Assembly: GCA_965217865.1 (NCBI GenBank)
Contig: CBDCJO010000001.1
Coordinates: 416,001 to 480,000, forward strand
Reading direction: 5' to 3'
Source of the DNA: Candidatus Latescibacterota bacterium
GTDB taxonomy: Bacteria; Latescibacterota; UBA2968; SICM01
Length of the DNA: 64,000 nucleotides
Shown: positions 30,755 through 40,472 of the stretch, piece after piece
Position numbering within the stretch: position 1 is the first letter of the stretch
Layout of the letters: the number at the start of each line of letters is the position of its first letter
Made by a program: the position numbers and the translations under genes
Notes under the pieces: model-generated
What the model saw: only the letters and a program-made list of their open reading frames with translations
Database searches by the model: none
Told to the model about the DNA's origin: nothing

Positions 30755-31510
30755 TTAGATCGGCTTCCCCAGGTATCGTCCAAAATTCTCCTCAGTCTGT
30801 CTCTCGATCGTTTCGAAATCCACATCCCTCACCTCGGCGACCCTCTCTGCCACCCTGGTTATCCACGCCGGCTCTGATCTTTCATCCCCAAAAGGCACCG
30901 GACTGTCCGTTTCCAGAAGCAGGAGATCATCCGCGATCGTCTTCACGACTTCCTGGGTTTCTGAACGATGAAGGACAGCGGGACCAACTGAGATGAAGAT
31001 TCCGGCTTCACACGCTTTTTTGACAAGTTTTTTCGACTGTGTGAACCAGTGCATCTGGACATTCAATCCGGTTTCCTCGTGAAATCGGATCCCTTCCTCC
31101 AGCGTCTCCCGCAGGGCCCTTCGAGAGTGGAGATTAACAGGTTTTTGCTTCTCTCCGGCCAACTCAAACTGCTGATTCAGAACGGATCGCTGGAAGGCTC
31201 GCTCCTCCGGCTGCTCCGCAACCATGAAGTCCAATCCGGCTTCCCCGAGCATCCCCACCTCATCCAAATGGGAGCGAATAAACGCCATCCCTGCATCTAT
31301 CTCCTCTGGTGACATCCTATTGACCAGGGCGGGATGCAATCCCAACCCCACCATGACTTCGTCATAACACCGACTTAAATTCATCGCCTTCTCCATGGAA
31401 GCCAGATCTTCACTGACGACGATTCGCCGGATGCCGCTTTCCGATGCCCGGGCAACGGCGTTCGCCACGTCCGGGATCTGATAGAGATGGCAGTGAGAGT
31501 CGATCAGCAC
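30755..31510 (-). CDS. TatD-family metallohydrolase
   Basis: DSHCHL, GLHP, GEAGLD, LHSR, MHWF, ETDSP. Confidence 0.9.
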   Translation of the reverse strand: MLIDSHCHLYQIPDVANAVARASESGIRRIVVSEDLASMEKAMNLSRCYDEVMVGLGLHPALVNRMSPEEIDAGMAFIRSHLDEVGMLGEAGLDFMVAEQPEERAFQRSVLNQQFELAGEKQKPVNLHSRRALRETLEEGIRFHEETGLNVQMHWFTQSKKLVKKACEAGIFISVGPAVLHRSETQEVVKTIADDLLLLETDSPVPFGDERSEPAWITRVAERVAEVRDVDFETIERQTEENFGRYLGKPI

Positions 31511-31531
31511 GGTCTGAATTCCGACTTCAAA

Positions 31532-32515
31532 CTAAATCCCGACTTCTGCGATTCGAACCGGTTCCCCTTTTTCACCCGACTCGATGATGGCAAGGGACAC
31601 GGCAAGGCTTTTCACCGCATCGTCATATGGGGATCTTATCATCGAAGAATCCTTGGTCCTCACGGCCTTCACGAACACCTCGTCGATCCCCTTGTCCGTG
31701 GTTTCTAAAGTTCGGGTCTTCCCATTCTCCGTGATCGAGACCTTTCCGGAATCCCAGCGCAGGAGATTCTGGCCGTACAGGACTTCGATCACGTTTGAAT
31801 GGCTCCAATCCGTTAAATCGTATGTCCAGTTCGTCGTCAGAGACCCCAGGACGCCGCTCTCGAATTGTAACGTCACGACGTGTGTGTCGGGGCAGTCGAT
31901 CTCACGCAGTTGTCGGAATGCCCGCTGTGTGTAGACCTCTTCGATTTCCCCGAACAGATACCGCGTCATATCGATCGTGTGCGTCGCCTGTTCCAGGATC
32001 TGCCCTCCCGAAAGGGTCATCTGGTGCGTCCAGTGCCCCGGATCCCCCAACCCGGTTCCGCACCAGTATTTTGCGGCAACCAGGCTGATCGTCTCACCTT
32101 CAAGTTCCCGGACGGCTGCGTCCGTGCCGCCCCGGTAACGCAATTGATAACCCACACACGTAACAATCCCTTTTTTCCGCACCGCCTCAGCTACCGAACG
32201 GGAAGTCTCCATCGTCCTGGCAACCGGTTTCTCGACGAGAAAAGGCAAGCCCCGGTCGATCACGTCCAGCTCCGGTTGCCCGTGAGCGAACACCGGGAGG
32301 CTTAGGTAGACCGCGTCGAGATCGTCTCGCTCGAGCATCTTCCGATAATCCGTGTAGGCCCTCGCCCCATACGCCTCCCCCGCCTGCTTGGACAATGCTT
32401 CCACGATGTCGCACGTCGCCACGAGTCGTGCATCCGGCAAAGATGACAACGCCTCCATATGCCCCTTCGCATTCCCCCCACAACCGATAATCCCGATTTG
32501 AACCTGATCAGACAT
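31532..32515 (-). CDS. Gfo/Idh/MocA-family oxidoreductase
   Basis: GIIGCGG, VEKP, GYQLRY, GGQILEQATHTID. Confidence 0.9.
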   Translation of the reverse strand: MSDQVQIGIIGCGGNAKGHMEALSSLPDARLVATCDIVEALSKQAGEAYGARAYTDYRKMLERDDLDAVYLSLPVFAHGQPELDVIDRGLPFLVEKPVARTMETSRSVAEAVRKKGIVTCVGYQLRYRGGTDAAVRELEGETISLVAAKYWCGTGLGDPGHWTHQMTLSGGQILEQATHTIDMTRYLFGEIEEVYTQRAFRQLREIDCPDTHVVTLQFESGVLGSLTTNWTYDLTDWSHSNVIEVLYGQNLLRWDSGKVSITENGKTRTLETTDKGIDEVFVKAVRTKDSSMIRSPYDDAVKSLAVSLAIIESGEKGEPVRIAEVGI

Positions 32516-32623
32516 CAGTCCCTCATGGAAAACTTCAACTTCAAAAACACAAACCGAGAGGCCTCAGCGTGTAAGGCCGTCAATTTGCAATCTCCATTTT
32601 GAATTTCATTTTCCTTTTCCATT

Positions 32624-33025
32624 TCACCCCTTCGATCCACCTCGTCGCGACGTAATGGTAGAGGTGCCCGGCTCCCCCCTCCCCCGGTTCAGTTTCCATT
32701 CCTCAAACCGCTCAGCACCAAGACGGTCGCAGAGCAGTTCTGGAATCGATGAAACGCTTTCGGAATCACCAGAACAAAAGAACAGGTCAACCGCGGCGTA
32801 ACCCGCCTCCGGCCAGGTATGAATCGTCAGGTGGGACTGGCTGAGCGCCACGACGACGATGACGCCCTGAGGATCCATCGATTGCGAATGCATATTCAGG
32901 ACTTGAGCCTGGACCCGTTCTACGACCTCCCTTACAACACCTTCAATCAACGGCGCATCGTTCAAGATCTCCGCTGAAGAACCATAGAGGTCGACAAGCA
33001 GGTGGATGCTATTTATGTACGCCAC
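32624..33025 (-). CDS. pyruvoyl-dependent decarboxylase proenzyme, SpeD/AdoMetDC-like (atypical)
   Basis: HLLVDLYG, PQGV, LSQSHLTIHTWPE.GYAAVDLFFC; QSH replaces canonical ESH. Confidence 0.8.
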   Translation of the reverse strand: MAYINSIHLLVDLYGSSAEILNDAPLIEGVVREVVERVQAQVLNMHSQSMDPQGVIVVVALSQSHLTIHTWPEAGYAAVDLFFCSGDSESVSSIPELLCDRLGAERFEEWKLNRGRGEPGTSTITSRRGGSKG

Positions 33026-33067
33026 AGGTGCCTTCTCCTCGCCTTACCGATCGATCTGCGCTTGATT

Positions 33068-33868
33068 TTACCCCTTCACCCCGGCCACATGAAGATCTAT
33101 GGGAAAAGGCTGACCCCACTCCTCGGAATGTCGGTAGGTGTCTTCTCCCCGAACCAGAATAGGGCGATATCTTGGTGTGGTGCCCGACCGGACATGTTTG
33201 ACCGAGGTCGGGACATATCGAATCGTCAGTCCACACCGGCGTCGGTTCGACCGGTTGGGATTGCTACCGTGGATCAACACCCCGTGATGGAGTGAGATCT
33301 CCCCCGCCTTCAGTATCAGATCAACCGCCCGCTCATTTTCTTCGGGATCAACCGGGACCTCCTGATTGATGCTGAGCAAATTTCCCTTCTGACCCGACTT
33401 CCCGTGTTCCCGGATCCCGTTCCTGTGGGTCCCGGGAATCACCCGCATGCAGCCGTTATCCACTTCGCTGTCGTCCACCGCGAACCAGGCCGTGATCGCG
33501 TAAGGCGGTTCCAGCCCCCAGTAAGTCACATCCTGGTGCCAGGCCACAAATTTTTCGGGGGCACCCCCTTCGGGGCGCTTCGATTCCGGGTACTTACAGA
33601 AGAAATGGGATCCGAGAAGCATGATGTTCATGCCCATCACGGCTTCGAGACAACCCAATACCTTTGGATGGGTCGCCACACCCCACACAAATTTACTCCT
33701 AAAATGTTCGTCTTGAAGGCCGATCAGGCATTTATCTCTCCCCTCCCGGGCTTCCAGGGCGTCGAATTGATCCCGGATGCGGTCCGCTGCCTCACGATCG
33801 AAAATTTTCACACCCGAGACAAACCCCTGTTCTTCGAACTCCTGAATTCTCTCGGCCTCCAGAAACAT
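33068..33868 (-). CDS. PhyH-family Fe(II)/2OG dioxygenase
   Basis: WHQD, NGCMRVIPGTH, HHGVLIHGSNPNRS..RR. Confidence 0.9.
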   Translation of the reverse strand: MFLEAERIQEFEEQGFVSGVKIFDREAADRIRDQFDALEAREGRDKCLIGLQDEHFRSKFVWGVATHPKVLGCLEAVMGMNIMLLGSHFFCKYPESKRPEGGAPEKFVAWHQDVTYWGLEPPYAITAWFAVDDSEVDNGCMRVIPGTHRNGIREHGKSGQKGNLLSINQEVPVDPEENERAVDLILKAGEISLHHGVLIHGSNPNRSNRRRCGLTIRYVPTSVKHVRSGTTPRYRPILVRGEDTYRHSEEWGQPFPIDLHVAGVKG

Positions 33869-34075
33869 CGGGACTTCCTCCCTAAGGTCTCACACGGTTA
33901 GAATGATGGTCCAGGATGTGATTCGAATTTAATATAGGATATACGATACGGCGGAACAATCGGAAAACGCTCTATTTCTATGTTAGGATCCCGCGGATCT
34001 TTATCAGTTGGGCTTGGCAATATCCCCCTCAATCTTTCTGTGGCCATTCCGACTTCAGCTGCTTATCTTGCGTTT

Positions 34076-35170
34076 ATGCCCGACCGCCCACGCTGCTACG
34101 GAACCTTCGATTCTTCGGAAACCAAGTGTAATGCTTGCTATGTCTTTCGAAGCTGTGATCGAGCTTCATCCCCTTCCAGGCGGGAAACCCGATCGCCCAA
34201 AGCTCTGAAGACCAATCCCGTCAGCGGAACCATCCAAGTGGATGATATCGATCTGGGTTTCACCCTTTCATCCGGCCAGGTGTTCCGGTGGGGAAGGGAT
34301 CGGGATGGATGGTGGAAGGGAATCGGGTACGGAACTGTGATCCACCTCAGGCAGTCAGGGAAATTACTCCACTACCGGGCTTCCTCGGATCGAATCCGGA
34401 CCTTTTCCGATGTTCTGGAGATTGAAACCTTTCTAAGTTGGTACCTCCGGCTTCGAGAACCCGCCAGGGTCCGGATCCCAAGAGGGGACCGTCATCTGCG
34501 GGAGGCCTTGAAGGCCCTCCGTGGATTTCGATTCGTGCGTCAGGAACCGTTCGAGTGCACGATCTCCTATGTCCTGTCCGTTCAGGCCCATATGGGTTTA
34601 ACAAGACGGCGGATCGCATGGCTCTCGAAGCTTCTCGGTAACCGGATTGACTTTTTGGGACAATCCTATTGGACCTTTCCAGCCCCGGAGTTACTCGCAG
34701 ACTTGAACGGACCCTATCTGCGGAGCCACCGTTTCGGGTATCGTTCTGAAAAGACCATCACCACCGCCCGAATCATCTCGGACCATACCCAAACGGTCCG
34801 GAAGAAGCTCAATTTAAATGATTGGAGAAAACTCGCTGACCTGCTCCATGCCACCCCGGGGTCTGGCGTAGGTTTGAAGGTCGCCCGGTGCATCGACCTG
34901 TTCTCCCTCGATCGATTGAGCTCATTTGCAGTGGACACTTGGGTGCGAAAGTTGGCGAAGGATTGGTACGGGGTCAACGGATCAGATGCACAGATCTGTG
35001 CCTGGGGGGATGCACGTTATGGAAATGAGGCAGGCTACGCTGGGGAGCACCTGTTTGCCTGGTATCGCGAGCAGAATGCGACATCCCTGGAGGATCGGGT
35101 CATTTCATTTTGCGCCACAGGTGCGCCGTCATCCGAACTGCCGTATGAAAAAAAGAGTGAAGAAGGGTGA
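34076..35170 (+). CDS. 8-oxoguanine DNA glycosylase (OGG1-type, HhH-GPD)
   Basis: TLSSGQVFRW, RQEPFEC.ISYVLS, FGYR, GVGLKVARCIDLF (catalytic Lys), AVDTWV (catalytic Asp), AGYAGEHLF. Confidence 0.85.
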   Translation: MPDRPRCYGTFDSSETKCNACYVFRSCDRASSPSRRETRSPKALKTNPVSGTIQVDDIDLGFTLSSGQVFRWGRDRDGWWKGIGYGTVIHLRQSGKLLHYRASSDRIRTFSDVLEIETFLSWYLRLREPARVRIPRGDRHLREALKALRGFRFVRQEPFECTISYVLSVQAHMGLTRRRIAWLSKLLGNRIDFLGQSYWTFPAPELLADLNGPYLRSHRFGYRSEKTITTARIISDHTQTVRKKLNLNDWRKLADLLHATPGSGVGLKVARCIDLFSLDRLSSFAVDTWVRKLAKDWYGVNGSDAQICAWGDARYGNEAGYAGEHLFAWYREQNATSLEDRVISFCATGAPSSELPYEKKSEEG

Positions 35171-35211
35171 TGGGGATCAGAGGTCTGGGCTCAATATGCA
35201 ATTTCCCATTT

Positions 35212-36183
35212 CTACGGATTGACCACATTCTGAGGACAGCCTTCCAGGAAAGCGATGACATTGTCCACAACCCCTGCATTAAGCATGTCCATCCCCTCAG
35301 GGGTCTGGTCCGCGTTGTGCGGCGTCAGAACCACCTGTTCGCAGGACAGGATGGGATGGTCTCCCGGGAGGGGTTCTTCGGCGAACACGTCGATTGCTGC
35401 GCTGTCCAGATGACCGGATTTCAACGCTTCAACCAGGGCGGACATGTCAACGATGGCCCCTCTTGCCGTGTTGACCAGAATCGCCCCCCGCTTCATCAGA
35501 TCGATCTCCCGCGGACCGATCATCCCTTTTGTCTGATCGGTGAGCTGCACGTGGAGGCTGACCACATCGGATACCCTCAGTAGTTCGTCCAGCTCGACAA
35601 ATCGAACACCAAGCGAACTTGCCCGTTCGGGAGTCGGATGAAAAGTCCACGCGACCAAGTCCATGCCGATCCCCTGGGCTAGCCGCGCAACGGCCGAGCC
35701 AATGTTCCCTGTTCCGATCAGGCCAAGCGTCTTGCCGAAGAGATAGATATTGTCCATCCTGGTCCAGCGGCCCGCTTTCAACTCGGCCGTCTGGAAATAG
35801 GCTCTTTTGGACGCGGCCATCATCAGACCAAAGGCGTGCTCCGCTACGACGGGAGCCGTCCTTCCAGGGATATTGGAGATCACAATCCCAAGCTCACGAG
35901 CGGCGTCCAGATCGAAGGCATCGGTTCCGATCCCGCAGGTTGTGGCCATCTTCAGGTTCGGAAGCTTCCGCAGGATCTCGGCGGGCCAGCTCGCCGAACC
36001 TCTGGTATTCAGCAGACAGACCGCATCCTTCGCCCGTTTTATTTTTTCTTCCGCCATTCCCGGTCGATCCTTATGGATGATAACGTCGCCATAGGGTTTG
36101 AGACGCTCCAGGTGTGGCGAGCCCTGTATCTGAACCGGATCGTCCCCCGGAACGACAATGACGACACGCTCTGATCTGCTCAT
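35212..36183 (-). CDS. D-2-hydroxyacid dehydrogenase
   Basis: GLIGTGNIG, NTARGAIVD, DVFAEEP, TPHNA. Confidence 0.88.
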   Translation of the reverse strand: MSRSERVVIVVPGDDPVQIQGSPHLERLKPYGDVIIHKDRPGMAEEKIKRAKDAVCLLNTRGSASWPAEILRKLPNLKMATTCGIGTDAFDLDAARELGIVISNIPGRTAPVVAEHAFGLMMAASKRAYFQTAELKAGRWTRMDNIYLFGKTLGLIGTGNIGSAVARLAQGIGMDLVAWTFHPTPERASSLGVRFVELDELLRVSDVVSLHVQLTDQTKGMIGPREIDLMKRGAILVNTARGAIVDMSALVEALKSGHLDSAAIDVFAEEPLPGDHPILSCEQVVLTPHNADQTPEGMDMLNAGVVDNVIAFLEGCPQNVVNP

Positions 36184-36980
36184 ATGATCTCCCTCCGATT
36201 AGATTCACCAACCTCACAATTTAAGACGATCTCCCGGCTTCTCTTTAGGGACTCATCGGTATCCGGGAGATTCTGGTTCAGTTCGAAGCTCAGGGGTCCC
36301 GAATATTCCACATCTACGAGGGCATTCAACATCCGCGTCAAAGCCCGACGGTCCATGATGCCATCAAGAAGCGGGAGATGGAGATCCCCAAGGCCGTCGT
36401 TGTCGTTCAAATGGACATAGCCCAGATGTGGCCCCGCGGCCTTGATCGTTGCAACCATCTCCTCCCCCGAGATCTGTGCGTGGCCAGTATCAAACAGGAG
36501 GTAAAGGTTTGGATGGCCGATCCCTTGTAAAAAAGCCAGTGTCTCCGAGACAGTAGGTAACGCGGAACCGGGGAAATGCTCGACACAAAGTTTTATCCCT
36601 GAGTTCGATGCGCCTTCGGCGGCAAGGCTGAGATTTCGGGCAAGCCGATCCAAGTAAGTCCCGCCCTCCGCCTTCCCGGGAACGATATAGGCGGTTTTTG
36701 CGCCCAGTTCCGCTGCCTCCGACAGGGACTGGTTGATGTAATCCATGGCCTGACCCGAAGCCCTTTCATCCGGGCTTTCGAGGGAAGCGCAATCTGGGAG
36801 CCCGAAAGACGCTGCCACACAGGAGACCCTAAGGCCAAGCTGACCTGCTATATCGTGAGCGATTGGGGAGGTGAGGGCGGAGGGGCGGACATCGATCGAA
36901 CTAAATCCCGCCTTGGCAACCCGGGACATCACCTCTGCTTCCGGCCCCGGGAGAGACCAGACACAGCACGAGAGATTCAT
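36180..36980 (-). CDS. sugar phosphate isomerase/epimerase (xylose-isomerase-like TIM barrel)
   Basis: metal-ligand pattern VEHFP, FDTGH, VHLND, SFE. Confidence 0.8.
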   Translation of the reverse strand: MNLSCCVWSLPGPEAEVMSRVAKAGFSSIDVRPSALTSPIAHDIAGQLGLRVSCVAASFGLPDCASLESPDERASGQAMDYINQSLSEAAELGAKTAYIVPGKAEGGTYLDRLARNLSLAAEGASNSGIKLCVEHFPGSALPTVSETLAFLQGIGHPNLYLLFDTGHAQISGEEMVATIKAAGPHLGYVHLNDNDGLGDLHLPLLDGIMDRRALTRMLNALVDVEYSGPLSFELNQNLPDTDESLKRSREIVLNCEVGESNRREII

Positions 36981-37073
36981 ACGAGGCCTTAACTGAGGAG
37001 ACTTTAATAATTTTGCGATTCATACAAATTATACATGAGGACGTCGAATGACAATGCTCCGCATCCCGAATCC

Positions 37074-37997
37074 CTAATTAGGATTTCTGATAAGAAAATA
37101 GTGAAAATGTCCTGTCACCTCTAGATAAGCTTCAGGAAAGTTGGAGGGCAAGGGCTGAAAGGGGTCGGAGAGTTCAACGGCCTTGGCGCTCGTCTCGATC
37201 AGAAGCTTGCTGCCCTCATATCCCATAACCTCTACACCGAGCAGCCTCCCGTTCCGGCCGATCTGGAAGCGGATAACGTTCTTCCCATCGATCATGCCGT
37301 AAAGGGAGAAAGCTGCTGGGGGATAGATGTGGTCTTGGATCCGTTTTTTTAACCTGATCATGTATGGAGCGAAGTCCCATTCATAGGTATTCAAGCTGAG
37401 GGCCCCGTCATCCAGGACCGCTCCCTGCAGGTTCTGAAACATCGGGATTCGTCGGATTCCAGCCCCATAAACCTGCTTTGCTAAGACATCCTCTCCCCCC
37501 CGTTTGAGATACGAGCCGAAATCCAACTTCCCATCCGGTCCTGCCCGCTTGAGTCCACGATTCGGTACGACCATCACTTCGCCTCTTTGTCCCTCTTTCC
37601 AGGACTCTGCTGTCCGGTTCTTCCCTGGAGGGACCCCTCGATTTCCCCTGATGTTTAAGTTCCGATTTAAATCGACAACATCATCCAAATCCCCTTTCGA
37701 AAAAGGCAAGGCTGACTTAGGAAGATCTCTCGGCGCGCGGTTTTTGGCAACCGCATTGCGGTCGGAAGGCATCCGAGCGTTTTCAGGGGGGCGTTCCTGG
37801 TGTGCTGCATTTGGGTTCTCTACCACAGGAGACCTGACAATCTCGAATCGCTGAAGGAACGGCCGGCCGGTTGCCGGAGATCTCGATACGATCCCAAAGA
37901 ATCCAAATCGTCGGGAATATCCAACCAGCATCAGGTGCAGAAGAATTGAGATCCCCAGGGCGATCAGGATATAATGGCTGGTCGAGATGCCTCTCAT
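37074..37997 (-). CDS. TonB/TolA-like membrane-anchored protein
   Basis: TM anchor with SILLH (SxxxH), low-complexity linker, C-terminal YMIRLKKRI..YP..F.I.RNG.L..V..PFQPLP. Confidence 0.65.
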   Translation of the reverse strand: MRGISTSHYILIALGISILLHLMLVGYSRRFGFFGIVSRSPATGRPFLQRFEIVRSPVVENPNAAHQERPPENARMPSDRNAVAKNRAPRDLPKSALPFSKGDLDDVVDLNRNLNIRGNRGVPPGKNRTAESWKEGQRGEVMVVPNRGLKRAGPDGKLDFGSYLKRGGEDVLAKQVYGAGIRRIPMFQNLQGAVLDDGALSLNTYEWDFAPYMIRLKKRIQDHIYPPAAFSLYGMIDGKNVIRFQIGRNGRLLGVEVMGYEGSKLLIETSAKAVELSDPFQPLPSNFPEAYLEVTGHFHYFLIRNPN

Positions 37998-38173
37998 GGA
38001 ACTTCGGTGTTTGATAAGGAGGTCTGCCGTTTGGACCGCCTTCGGGACACCTCCCAGGAATTTTGAGTATTGGACAAGGGGCCAAGGCCCCCTCCCTGGA
38101 AAATTGAAGACCCTCTGATGGAAGCTGGATCTGGTATCAGGGTCATGATAGAATTCCGGTCACCCTCCCGGTT

Positions 38174-38974
38174 TCATCTATTCCTCCGCCTTCTGTTGAT
38201 TTTTCTCGATCTTTCCGACTGTTTTCTTCTTGCCTTGGCTTTGCGGCTCTTATGGCGGGGATGTGAACCTCCCTCATGTTGATGGGAGACTGATGTGTCG
38301 GATTTTTCATCGCTGGATGGCTTGTCGAGAGCCCCGCCCGGTTCAAACTGCTTCTGGACATCATCCCAACTCATCAGGAAATCATCCACCTTGCCCGAAG
38401 CATAAGCCTTTTGGATCGTGGGGATCGATTCTTCGGAACGCAGTTGAACCAGCGAACCGATGATAAATCCGTTGATTTCAGGACTGTTCTCCCCGTACCG
38501 ACCCAACCGATCCGATAGGACCTGGATGCATTCCGACCGGGCTTCTTGATGCACCTTCCCGATGAGTTCCAGGGACGTGATGGCCGTCACGTACGGCTTC
38601 AACTCGTGAGGTCCTTGATCCAGGTAGGCCGAAAGGGGCTGAATGACCCGCCGACCGATCATGCCAAAAACCGCCGGAAGTTCCTCGAGTATCCAATCAT
38701 CGTCTTTCTGGTCTTCGAGGAGGCCCATCAACGGTTCGACTGCAGTCTCAGCGCGAAGTTGACCAAGGGATCGCCAGGCATGAATGGGGGCCCAGACTTC
38801 GAGATCTTCGGAGTTGGCCTGGTTTAACTCTGTATCCGTAGACATCCGGATGAGATCGGGGATCTGGTCTGGACCGATTCCCAGAGCGAGATAGTCAGGC
38901 CATTCTCGAATTTGGCGGCAATCCCCGTACGTAAGCAATCGATCGACAGGAGGTCGGTAATCTTTGATACTCAT
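38174..38974 (-). CDS. DUF1186-like / HEAT-repeat protein with basic tail
   Basis: WAPIHAWRSLGQLRAE, helical repeats, C-terminal KARRKQSERSRKINRRRR. Confidence 0.6.
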   Translation of the reverse strand: MSIKDYRPPVDRLLTYGDCRQIREWPDYLALGIGPDQIPDLIRMSTDTELNQANSEDLEVWAPIHAWRSLGQLRAETAVEPLMGLLEDQKDDDWILEELPAVFGMIGRRVIQPLSAYLDQGPHELKPYVTAITSLELIGKVHQEARSECIQVLSDRLGRYGENSPEINGFIIGSLVQLRSEESIPTIQKAYASGKVDDFLMSWDDVQKQFEPGGALDKPSSDEKSDTSVSHQHEGGSHPRHKSRKAKARRKQSERSRKINRRRRNR

Positions 38975-39025
38975 AGGAATCTCCCAGGGTTACCGTCACA
39001 CTTCCTTGCAAACCCACCTGAGGCC

Positions 39026-39433
39026 TTACATCCTTACCCCCCGCCACTCGTCTTTCCGACAGCTGATATCGATGACATTCCCATCCGGATCTGCCACCTT
39101 GAACGAGTTGGTCGGCCTTATTTCAGGCGTGTTTCGCTGTTTGACATCATCTCGGAGGATCTTGAAACCTTTCGTCAAGCATTGGCCGTAGACAAGGTCA
39201 AGATCCTCAACGATAAAACCGATATGGATGAATTCCTCGGGTTCCGGTAATGACGACCTGGGATCCCCGTCGTAGGGAAGCAACGTCACGTTGATGGTGC
39301 CATCGGACAAGTCCAGGGCTCCGGAGCCGGAAGGCCGAAACCCGATAAACTTGATGCCCAGGACGGATTCGAAAAATAATCGTGAACGTTTAATGTCTGC
39401 GGTTCGAATCGCGATATGGCGTAAGATGCTCAA
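39026..39433 (-). CDS. VOC/glyoxalase-family protein
   Basis: LRHIAI, HIGFIVED, DPDGNVID. Confidence 0.85.
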   Translation of the reverse strand: MSILRHIAIRTADIKRSRLFFESVLGIKFIGFRPSGSGALDLSDGTINVTLLPYDGDPRSSLPEPEEFIHIGFIVEDLDLVYGQCLTKGFKILRDDVKQRNTPEIRPTNSFKVADPDGNVIDISCRKDEWRGVRM

Positions 39434-39508
39434 GGCATTTGAGATTGGTTGGGAGACAGATGAAGGGAAGGTTTTTCAACCTTAAACCAAAAGATCCTTA
39501 TATTTTTC

Positions 39509-40240
39509 CTAATTCTCTTCCAGTTCCTTTGCATAGATTTCAGCATTGTCTTCAGGGGTATAACCCAGATCCCTGGCGGAATTGGAGATGTCCCACGGTC
39601 CCCTCGAATTATCCGAGACCCCGTAATAGATGCCAAATTTAACGTGCGAAGCTTCGATGCTTCGCCAGACCAGCTGGACGGTATCCCGATGGCTCAGCCA
39701 TGTGGCCAGCTGCCGTTTGTCCTTCGGCTTGGGTTGAAAAGATCCGATTCTAAGACAAATGCTCTCAAGCCCGTACTGGTCGAAATAGAAGCGAGCAAGC
39801 GCCTCTCCGAAGACCTTGCTGACCCCATAAAAACTATCCGGCCGGACAGCCATCTCCGTCGTGGTGTAGACCCCCTCTTGCTCGTAAAACCCTGTGACGT
39901 GGTTCGTACTGGCGAACACGATCCTCTTGACTCCATTTAATCGGGACGTCTCATAAGCGTGATAGTTCCCCATGATATTCAAGGATAGAGTTCGCGAAAA
40001 CGGGGCATCTCCATTCGGATCTGCCGCCATGTGGACGACAACGTCGATGCCCTTCGTGGCCTTCAGCATCGCCTCGAAATCGACAATGTCTCCAACGAAA
40101 GCATCGGAACCGTCCAGGCTTGCGGGGATCTTGGAGTGATACATCAACCGCAGGTCGTAACGGTCTTTCAAGCCTTGATGTAAAACTTCTCCAATTCTTC
40201 CGGCCGCGCCCGTGATCAACACGCGCTTTCGGTCTCCCAC
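39509..40240 (-). CDS. NAD-dependent SDR, uronate dehydrogenase-like
   Basis: ITGAAGRIG, FASTNHVTG, RPDSFYGVSK, LRIGS, TWLSHRD, YGVSDN. Confidence 0.8.
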   Translation of the reverse strand: MGDRKRVLITGAAGRIGEVLHQGLKDRYDLRLMYHSKIPASLDGSDAFVGDIVDFEAMLKATKGIDVVVHMAADPNGDAPFSRTLSLNIMGNYHAYETSRLNGVKRIVFASTNHVTGFYEQEGVYTTTEMAVRPDSFYGVSKVFGEALARFYFDQYGLESICLRIGSFQPKPKDKRQLATWLSHRDTVQLVWRSIEASHVKFGIYYGVSDNSRGPWDISNSARDLGYTPEDNAEIYAKELEEN

Positions 40241-40472
40241 TTCTGCCAGCTCCGATGAGAAGAAAATTCAATGTTCACGATTCGCTAAACCCCAATAGCT
40301 CAAGATTTGCCTTCATCGTGTAAATTAAGTTTTTAACACATTTTATCGCAAGGTGTTTTTCGTAGGTACTCTGGGTCTGTTAACGGGTAACCTCCCCCGA
40401 CCTGCTTGAATGGAGTCGACCTTACGTCGCTGTATCCTGTCTTTCAGGACCGGACACCTGCGATTCCGTCCA

